From NCBI GenBank assembly GCA_965261345.1, contig OZ253449.1, positions 1,184,001 to 1,248,000 on the forward strand: 64,000 nucleotides of DNA, read 5' to 3'. The position numbers were made by a program, and so were the translations under genes. The notes beneath the pieces are model-generated. The model ran no database searches. It worked only from the letters and a program-made list of their open reading frames with translations, and was not told the DNA's origin. This stretch comes from Chloroflexota bacterium (GTDB lineage: Bacteria > Chloroflexota > UBA11872 > VXNJ01). Positions 1-7,062 of the stretch are shown piece by piece (within the stretch, counting starts at the first letter, position 1; the number at the start of each line of letters is the position of its first letter).

Positions 1-233
1 TGCTGGATGACTTCGACCGGCCCGAAAACATCTTTGCGCTGGAACGTAACGGCGAGTTGATCGGGCGCGAACACGGGGCCCCGGTCCGCCTGATCGTTCC
101 TCACCTTTACGCTTGGAAGTGCGCCAAGTGGATTGCCGCAATCGAATTTATCGAACGCGATCGCCCCGGTTTTTGGGAGTTGAATGGCTACCACATGCGC
201 GGCGACCCCTTCGCTGAAGAGAGATTTGCTTAA
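1..233 (+). CDS. Sulfite oxidase-like molybdopterin-dependent oxidoreductase, C-terminal fragment (5' end outside window)
   Basis: Frame from nt 3 reads LDDFDRPENIFALERNGELIGREHGAPVRLIVPHLYAWKCAKW...GFWELNGYHMRGDPFAEERFA*. HGxPxRL, WKxxKW and GFWE..GYH are Oxidored_molyb motifs. TAA at 231-233. Not in the ORF track. Confidence 0.85.
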   Translation, partial: LDDFDRPENIFALERNGELIGREHGAPVRLIVPHLYAWKCAKWIAAIEFIERDRPGFWELNGYHMRGDPFAEERFA

Positions 234-262
234 TTGACGACATCTCCAAGGGCTAAGCGCAC

Positions 263-994
263 ATGACGCGCGAACTGCGCCGCTACCGGCTTTTCCTGAC
301 CTTTCTGTTGGTGCCGCTATTTATCGTGGCGCTGATCATCATATTTGTGGCCAACGTGTTTTTCGCCTCTGATTCACCACCCGACGGGGCAGCGGTAACC
401 CTGTCCGGCGTGACAACGCCAACCCTATCGCCCACGTTGCCCACGTCCGCCGACACGCCGGCCGCGGTGACTACGCCGGTCGTGGCGGTTGCTACGCCAA
501 CCCCGATCGCCCCGCTGGTGCCGACCGCAGCGCCGCCGCCTCCACCGACGGCGACGCCGACGGTCGCCCCGATCGGAAGCTATGTGGTCGCAGACGGCGA
601 TACCCTCTACGGCATTGCCCTCCAGTACGGGCTAACCATCGACGAATTGGCTGCCTTTAACGGCATCACTGATCCGTCGCTGCTGCCGATCGGACAGGAG
701 CTGGCAATTCCGGCGCCGGGTACGGTCGTGGTGCAGACCGCCGCCGCTCCGGTCGTTACCGCGGCCCCGGCGCCAACCGCGGCGTCGACCACGCTGCTGG
801 GGACAGTCTCCACCGGCGGACCGCTCCTGAACGTGCGCAGTGCGCCATCTCTGAGTGCGAGCGAAGTCGTCGGGCAACTCGACGATGGGGTGGTCGTTCA
901 GTTAACCGGTCGAACCCAGCTGGCCGACGGGGTCACCTGGTATGAGACTGCCAATGGCAATTGGCTGCACGGCAACTTCCTGCAAATCCCCTAG
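263..994 (+). CDS. Membrane-anchored LysM + SH3-like domain protein
   Basis: N-terminal TM helix, Pro/Thr/Ala linker, LysM (YVVADGDTLYGIA...LPIGQELAIP), C-terminal bacterial SH3-like (LNVRSAP...WY...GNWLHGNFL). Confidence 0.85.
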   Translation: MTRELRRYRLFLTFLLVPLFIVALIIIFVANVFFASDSPPDGAAVTLSGVTTPTLSPTLPTSADTPAAVTTPVVAVATPTPIAPLVPTAAPPPPPTATPTVAPIGSYVVADGDTLYGIALQYGLTIDELAAFNGITDPSLLPIGQELAIPAPGTVVVQTAAAPVVTAAPAPTAASTTLLGTVSTGGPLLNVRSAPSLSASEVVGQLDDGVVVQLTGRTQLADGVTWYETANGNWLHGNFLQIP

Positions 995-1066
995 ATTGTC
1001 AAATTGCACGGACCCCGCCGGGCGGCGGCGGGGGTTAGCGAGCGATCTCACCTTCAGCATGCGCAC

Positions 1067-2281
1067 ATGAAAACGGCCGCCGACACTAGCGCAGATGGGG
1101 TGCTGCCAACTGAATACGCGGCCCACAACAGCGCCCGCCAATTTTTCGCGCTGGCCGCCGGCAGCGACTCCCCAACCGTGCGCGACCTGGCAAGCCTGGG
1201 CGGCCACGCCGCCCGGCTCATCGCCGCCTACATTGAGTTCGCCCGTCCCGCCGACCCGGTCTTGGCCGCCGGCCAGTTGGAGCAACTGCTCGCGACGCTG
1301 CTCCCGCTCACCGACGGTCGCCGGGTCATGCACGCGCATTCCGAACTCATCGGCCCGGCCCGTTCGGCAGTTGCCAGAGTGTTGCCCGAAGCCTTGGTCG
1401 TCCTGCACGGAGAGGCTGGCGCCGCCGATGCCGCGCCGCGCCGGGTCGGAGACCTGCTAAGAGGGATCATCGCCCGCCTGGCGGCCGACGCGCCGCAACT
1501 CGCCGGCCAGTTGGAGCTGCTCGTTCCGGCCCAGTACCTAAATCACCGTGAAATCGTGGTGCTCACCTATCCGGCCGGACGCGGCGGCGATCCTGGCGTT
1601 TTAGCCCTGCTGCTGGGGCAGGCGATCCCGTTGCTGGAGATTGACGCCCGCCAGTCTCCGCTCATGCCAGCGACGAACTTGCCCGATCCCGCTTGGCACC
1701 GCATATTGCTCGCCGATTGCCTGGGGGCGCGCCGTCTGGGATTTAGTTACCTAGACCAGTTGCTGGCCCTCGGATCGACCGCGCCGTCCGGGCCGCCGCC
1801 GGGCCTGCGAGGCCAGCTGGTCCTGGCGACGCTCGCCGATCTGGGTTATCGCCCGGATTTGCCGGGCCCGCTCGGCCCGGCCCTGGCCCGGGCCCAACGC
1901 CAATTGCCGGTGTGGCCCGACGCCGATCCGCGGTTGGCCTCCCACCTCCTAGATCAGGCCCGAACGATAGACCAATCCACGTATCACGCCGCCCAGTGCG
2001 CCGAGGATATAGCCCCCCTTTTGGCCCTGCTGGGCTGCGGCATCCCGCCGGCCCAAGTAATTGACCCCGCGGGTGGCTGCCGCTGGCCCAGTGCGCGGGC
2101 GGTGCTGGCTACTTCGGCGGTGTTCAATCACGTCGGGCTCGGATCGCTGCGGCGCTATCTGCGACTGGAAGGGCCTCCGCAGCAGGATCGCCTGGCCCTG
2201 CGCCAGCGAAAAGACGAGTTGGTGACCAAGGCGCTTGAGCTGCTGGCGTTCGGCGCCGCCTTCGAGAACGCGCCGCTATGA
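1067..2281 (+). CDS. Hypothetical protein, probable degenerate (inactive) zincin-like fold, coupled to dcd
   Basis: Long ORF with GC-rich codon usage; ATGA overlap with dcd; start uncertain (1004 TTG, 1067 ATG or 1100 GTG). Confidence 0.7.
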   Translation: MKTAADTSADGVLPTEYAAHNSARQFFALAAGSDSPTVRDLASLGGHAARLIAAYIEFARPADPVLAAGQLEQLLATLLPLTDGRRVMHAHSELIGPARSAVARVLPEALVVLHGEAGAADAAPRRVGDLLRGIIARLAADAPQLAGQLELLVPAQYLNHREIVVLTYPAGRGGDPGVLALLLGQAIPLLEIDARQSPLMPATNLPDPAWHRILLADCLGARRLGFSYLDQLLALGSTAPSGPPPGLRGQLVLATLADLGYRPDLPGPLGPALARAQRQLPVWPDADPRLASHLLDQARTIDQSTYHAAQCAEDIAPLLALLGCGIPPAQVIDPAGGCRWPSARAVLATSAVFNHVGLGSLRRYLRLEGPPQQDRLALRQRKDELVTKALELLAFGAAFENAPL

Positions 2282-2919
2282 CCGATACCGATCGCGCTCT
2301 GGCGGCGGTCTCCGACGCCGAACTCAACCGCCGCCTGCTAGCTCCCGACAAGCACAATGAGTTGGCGGTGATACCGCTCGGAACCGAGCGGGTCAACGGC
2401 TCGGCGATCGATGTTCGCCTGGGAACGCGATTTGTGAGCATGCGTCGCACCGCCACCGCCGCCATCGACCTGATCGATGCCGACCCCGCCGGGGTTGCCC
2501 GACTCTTGGAAGAACGGCAACTGGCGTTCGGTGAGAGTTACAACCTGCATCCCGGCGAGCTCATCCTTGCTGCCACCCTGGAGTACATCGCCCTGCCGTC
2601 CGATTTGGCCGCCACGGTCGCCTCACGCTCGTCCTACGGCCGGGTTGGGTTGGTAATCGCCACCGCCCCCTACGTCCACCCCAATTACCGTGGTTGTTTG
2701 ACGTTGGAGCTGGCCAATCTGGGAAGCACGCCGCTGATTCTCTATGCCGGACTTCCGGTCGCTCAGCTCTCATTCATGCGGGCCCAAGCCAGCACCTTTA
2801 GGCCCTCGCGATACAACCTGGCCACCGGACCGCTTTTCCCAACCGCCGGGTCGGGCGATCGCGCCAATCTGCGCCAGATTAAGAAATCCTTCCAAAAAAT
2901 CTCGCGTCTGGTCGACTGA
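2278..2919 (+). CDS. dcd: dCTP deaminase (trimeric dUTPase fold)
   Basis: IDVRLG, TLEYIALP, RSSYGRVGL, HPNYRGCLTLELAN and VAQLSF motifs; catalytic Ser/Arg/Glu present. Confidence 0.9.
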   Translation: MTDTDRALAAVSDAELNRRLLAPDKHNELAVIPLGTERVNGSAIDVRLGTRFVSMRRTATAAIDLIDADPAGVARLLEERQLAFGESYNLHPGELILAATLEYIALPSDLAATVASRSSYGRVGLVIATAPYVHPNYRGCLTLELANLGSTPLILYAGLPVAQLSFMRAQASTFRPSRYNLATGPLFPTAGSGDRANLRQIKKSFQKISRLVD

Positions 2920-3429
2920 TTAGCGTTTGACCCAAAACGCCGCGAGCAAATCGGCACTCATTTTGGCGAGCGCGCTGTCACTGGGATTTGTCACTACGAT
3001 TACCTTGGTTCTCGCTACTTTGTCGTGCACCGTCTGGCCGTCGTTGTCTAAATACTTCCACCAATAGATCGCTCCCAGAAAGACCGGCGCGAAAAAAACC
3101 TGGATGAGCCCGCGGATCGCTACCGTTTCGTTGGCCGCTGGACACGAGCTTTCGCGATCAACGATTCGCAAACCCATGACGGCCTTGCCTGGACTGGCCC
3201 CATAGACGACGTAGAAGAACGGCAGGTAGCCCAATCCCACGACCGCGTTGACCACCATCGCGATGATAAATACTGCAAAACCGAAGATCGGAATCTCGTT
3301 CAGGGTGGCAGCGACCAGGTAAAACAGCGAAATGACTGCACTGGCCAGGACCAAATCGATTCCCAGCGCGAGCAACCGCGCAATATCCTCAGCCGGATAT
3401 CCGTCGACTGGTTGCCGCGCCATTCCCAT
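2920..3429 (-). CDS. RDD family membrane protein
   Basis: RLLALGID, GASPGKAVMGLRIV and GQTVHDKVARTKVI are RDD motifs. Start set at ATG 3429 (or 3423). Confidence 0.85.
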   Translation of the reverse strand: MGMARQPVDGYPAEDIARLLALGIDLVLASAVISLFYLVAATLNEIPIFGFAVFIIAMVVNAVVGLGYLPFFYVVYGASPGKAVMGLRIVDRESSCPAANETVAIRGLIQVFFAPVFLGAIYWWKYLDNDGQTVHDKVARTKVIVVTNPSDSALAKMSADLLAAFWVKR

Positions 3430-3607
3430 TCGATCCCATTCGCCGGTACCGACGCAACCTAGCTGGCAGCGGTATGGCAGATCCGGCAAGATTTGATTTT
3501 GTTACTACAAATCTAGTCACCGCAACTACGCCTAACAAAAACAGTACGTCAACTGAAATTTATCCATCGCCGGCCGCCATTGCGCGTGATCGCGCAGCGG
3601 CCATCGC

Positions 3608-3641
3608 GATGTCGACAACATTGTCAATTGACTGTCGATCG
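3608..3641. promoter_or_regulatory. Cluster of TGTCRA motifs upstream of dnaA (candidate non-canonical DnaA boxes)
   Basis: tgtcgaca 3610-3617, tgtcaat 3622-3628, ctgtcgatc 3632-3640; same core as the repeats downstream of dnaA. Confidence 0.5.
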
Positions 3642-3853
3642 TCTGGCCAATCATCTCCAATTCAAGCTCGCTTAAGCTTTGGTTCGGCCAGATCCGGCGC
3701 GGTCCATTCCAGCCCGACAAATCGGTACATTTCGATTGATTGGGATGCGTTACCCGGATTGGTGCGACCGACGTCAGTATTGGTTTACTCGTTGGGCGGC
3801 CTTTATTCCTACACACCTTAAAAAGCCGCCCCGGACCACTAATTAGGAACTGA

Positions 3854-5167
3854 ATGCTTCAGCCGTCAACTTGGCCTCAGATCGCCTCGCGTCTGGCCGC
3901 CGAAATCGGCCAGAACGAATACGCAACTTGGTTTTCGGGATCAACCCTGTTGGCCAGTGATGATTCGTCCGTAACGATCGGACTACCCAACGCTTTCGTC
4001 CTGACCGCCGCGCAACGCAAGCATGGCGACCAAGTCGCCCATACCGTCGCTGAGATATTGGGGCGCCCCGTCAAGATCAATTTCAAAACCGCTGCGGCCG
4101 ACTCGCCGCCGGTCGGTCGGGACCCTGCGGCACTGACCCAGCCAGTCTCGGATAAACCGCAGTTGCGCCCGCAGTTCAGCTTCGACGATTTTCTGGTCGG
4201 CCCTGAAAACCAACTTGCCAACGCCACCGCCCGGGCAATTGCCGACGGCCAGTCAACGTTTAACCCGCTGTTCCTCCACGGCCCTTGCGGAGTTGGAAAG
4301 ACCCACCTCCTGCGAGCGATCGCCGCCTCGGACCGGCAGGGTGGGCCGGCGATCTACTCCACGATGGAGCAATTTACCAACCAGTTGGTACTTTCGCTGC
4401 GGAAGAATTCGCCTGAATCGCTCCGTAATCGGTACCGTTCAGCCCAGCTGGTGCTCTTTGATGATGTTTATTTCGTGGCCGGTAAAAAGGCGACCCAAGA
4501 GGAGCTCTTTCACACCATTGACTGTGTCGCCGGCAACGGCGGCACAGTCGTCCTGGCCAGCGATCGCTGCCCATCCGAAATGGCCGAATTGCCCGACCGC
4601 CTGCGATCGCGCTTTGCATCTGGCATCGTAGTTGACATCCAGCCGCCCGGGTTTGAGCTGCGTCTCGCCTTCATCGAGCGCCGGTCCCAGTTGGGCCAGA
4701 TCAGATTCCCGGCCGAGGCCCAAGCCGCCCTGGCGGCCGCCAACATTCCTGACTTCCGCAAGCTCGCCGGTCTAATCAATCGCCTGCTGGCCCAGGCTCG
4801 GCTCGACTCGCGGCAGATCGACCTGAACCAGGTGGTTAGCTTGTTGGCCCGCTACGACCAAGACGGGCAGTCAACTCGAATCTGCCCGGAGACCATCATC
4901 AATCAGGTAGCGTCCAGAATGGGGGTCGACTCCCAACTCATCACCGGCACGTCCCGCAAGCAACAGGTGGTCGCTGCCCGAAACCTGTGCGCTTACCTGA
5001 TCCGCCACCTAACCAACGCGCCACTCACGGCGGTGGGTGAAAGCCTAGGCGGCCGTTCACATTCGACCGTGCTCAACGCCCTGTCCCGCGCCCAAATTGC
5101 GCTGCAGAACGATCCACGCTTGCGGGTTATAGCCGAACAGATTGGGATTAATCCGCAAGCGCGCTAG
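3854..5167 (+). CDS. dnaA: Chromosomal replication initiator DnaA (divergent domain IV)
   Basis: Domain I (YATWF, PNAF), FNPLFLHGPCGVGKTHLL Walker A, DD Walker B, TQEELFH, SDRxP, RLRSRF.SG, domain IV GGRSHSTVLNA. Confidence 0.97.
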   Translation: MLQPSTWPQIASRLAAEIGQNEYATWFSGSTLLASDDSSVTIGLPNAFVLTAAQRKHGDQVAHTVAEILGRPVKINFKTAAADSPPVGRDPAALTQPVSDKPQLRPQFSFDDFLVGPENQLANATARAIADGQSTFNPLFLHGPCGVGKTHLLRAIAASDRQGGPAIYSTMEQFTNQLVLSLRKNSPESLRNRYRSAQLVLFDDVYFVAGKKATQEELFHTIDCVAGNGGTVVLASDRCPSEMAELPDRLRSRFASGIVVDIQPPGFELRLAFIERRSQLGQIRFPAEAQAALAAANIPDFRKLAGLINRLLAQARLDSRQIDLNQVVSLLARYDQDGQSTRICPETIINQVASRMGVDSQLITGTSRKQQVVAARNLCAYLIRHLTNAPLTAVGESLGGRSHSTVLNALSRAQIALQNDPRLRVIAEQIGINPQAR

Positions 5168-5460
5168 CTAAGCTGCACCCAGAGTGGCCCGCTGTCAACT
5201 CGGCGTTCAAACACACCCGAAAGTACCCGATCAATCGACATTTGCTTGGGTCATATAAGCACCGGCTGTCGATTCATGGGTTCTTTTGGGTACACCATTC
5301 AACAACCCGTTATCGCCTCTCCAAACCCTGGGCGGTCGCATCGTTTAAGCATTGAACAGGCACTATGAATACGACTAATAACTTAAATAAATTAGTACTA
5401 GTAATTAACTTGGGCTGTCGATTCATCAGGCTGTCGACCGGATAATTTCTCATAATCGAG
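5168..5460. other. Candidate chromosomal replication origin (oriC) with AT-rich unwinding element
   Basis: Non-coding gap after dnaA; 5364-5411 is 39/48 A+T; repeated ggctgtcgattcat (5264-5277, 5413-5426), ggctgtcgac (5429-5438), caatcgaca (5232-5240), ctgtcaact (5192-5200). Confidence 0.75.
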
Positions 5461-5498
5461 CGAGCGCAACAAGGGTCGGCATTGGAGGGATCACGGTA

Positions 5499-5642
5499 AT
5501 GGCCAGACGAGTTCGGCACAAGGTGGCCGCCAAACACGATCTACCGCCGTTGGATCACATCCGCAGCGACATCGTCCGCATTGTCGTTATCGGGGTGATC
5601 GTCATGGCCCTGCTGATACCGGCCTACCTGGTAATCACCTAG
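5499..5642 (+). CDS. Small (47 aa) single-pass membrane protein
   Basis: GGAGGG RBS at 5484-5489; MARRVRHKVAAKHDLPPLDHIRSDIVRIVVIGVIVMALLIPAYLVIT*. Below ORF-track cutoff. Confidence 0.7.
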   Translation: MARRVRHKVAAKHDLPPLDHIRSDIVRIVVIGVIVMALLIPAYLVIT

Positions 5643-5646
5643 CGTC

Positions 5647-7062
5647 TTGGGGGCGTCGGCGAGCGCCCAGCTGGCCCGGGTTAAGGCCAGTGAGGCTCGC
5701 CTGCTGGGCCTGATCCGGGGAGGGTACGGCAACACCGGCAGCACTCCGGTGGCCTATACCCGATCCGACGTTGCGGCACGTGGCCGGCAGCGCCTTGCCC
5801 GGCTGCGCCAGTTCCTACAACGGTCCGGCGATCCACAGTGCGCCCGACCGGTGGTGCAGGTGGCCGGAACCTCGGGCAAAGGGTCGACGGCGCAATTTAT
5901 CAGCTCCCTTCTCTTGGCCGGTGGATTGCGGGTAGGTGTGCACCAGACCCCCTACCTGCAGAGTCCCACTGAAAAACTGGTTATCGGGCATCGCCTGGCA
6001 ACTGCCGACCAATTTGCTGCGGCAACCAACCGACTGTTTGTTGGTATCGATCGCTTCAATGCCGTCGGTGCCGGATTCGATATGCGTTACGGGGCGGCGT
6101 GGGTGGCCTTGACGTTTGATTACTTTGCCCGCGCGCGGATCGATTTACTGGTGCTCGAATGCGGGGCTGGAGCGCGTTTTGATCTAACCAACGTGACCGA
6201 TCCGGAGGTGAGCGTGATCACCCGGATCGGTCTGGATCACCAGGGTTCGCTTGGCCCGGATATTGCCGAAATCGCCTGGCACAAGGTCGGAATTGCGCGA
6301 ACGAAACGCCCGTTGATAACGGTTGTTCAGGAGCCGCCCGCCCAGGCCGTGATCGAGGCCCAGTCCGACCGGATTGGCGCGCGCCTTACCACCTTGCGCG
6401 CTGGTACCGACTGGACCCAACGCTCGTTGGATGGCGGGTTGGTCGAATTCCATTACCATCGCGACGGGTTGGAAATCGGGCCGCTGCGCCTGCGCGCCCT
6501 GGGGGGCTGGCAGGGCGAAAACGCCGCTTTAGCCTGCGCCGCGGTCGCTGAGCTGCTAAACAACGGTTGGCCGATCGATGTGGCCAACCTGGCCGGCGGG
6601 TTGTGCGGGGCGCGCATCCAGGGCCGGATGGAGGTGGTGCAGAACGCCCCGGAGGTGATATTGGACGGGGCTCACAATCCCCAGAAGGCGCGCGCCCTAG
6701 CCGATTCACTGGCCGCCAGGTTGGCCGACCGACGGCTGATCGCGGTACTTGGGGTGATGGGTTACAAGCCGCCCCGGGGAGTTGTTGGTGGGATCGCCCA
6801 GATGGCCGAAACTGCGATATTTACACAGGCTGACGTTCACCTAAAGACCGCCCACCCAGCGGAAGCGCTGCTGTCACAGATCGGTGCCGGCGACGGGTTG
6901 GCGATCGCCGATCCAATGGCGGCAATTGAGACCGCGATCCGCCTGGCCGGACGAGATGGCGTTGTCTGTGTGGCCGGGTCGCTGTTCTTGGCCGGTCGCG
7001 TACGCGAGCGCTGGTATCCGACCGAGGAGGTGGTGGCGCAGGCTACTCCTTGGCCGGTCTAG
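5647..7062 (+). CDS. folC: Folylpolyglutamate synthase / dihydrofolate synthase
   Basis: VAGTSGKGST P-loop, TPYL, ECGAGARFDLTNV, GLDH, ILDGAHNP, GSLFLAG. Confidence 0.92.
   Translation: MGASASAQLARVKASEARLLGLIRGGYGNTGSTPVAYTRSDVAARGRQRLARLRQFLQRSGDPQCARPVVQVAGTSGKGSTAQFISSLLLAGGLRVGVHQTPYLQSPTEKLVIGHRLATADQFAAATNRLFVGIDRFNAVGAGFDMRYGAAWVALTFDYFARARIDLLVLECGAGARFDLTNVTDPEVSVITRIGLDHQGSLGPDIAEIAWHKVGIARTKRPLITVVQEPPAQAVIEAQSDRIGARLTTLRAGTDWTQRSLDGGLVEFHYHRDGLEIGPLRLRALGGWQGENAALACAAVAELLNNGWPIDVANLAGGLCGARIQGRMEVVQNAPEVILDGAHNPQKARALADSLAARLADRRLIAVLGVMGYKPPRGVVGGIAQMAETAIFTQADVHLKTAHPAEALLSQIGAGDGLAIADPMAAIETAIRLAGRDGVVCVAGSLFLAGRVRERWYPTEEVVAQATPWPV

Noticed and set aside
1012-1036. GC hairpin after the LysM/SH3 gene as an intrinsic terminator
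   Set aside because: Stem cccgccg/cggcggg is present but there is no U-tract; cannot be supported as rho-independent.
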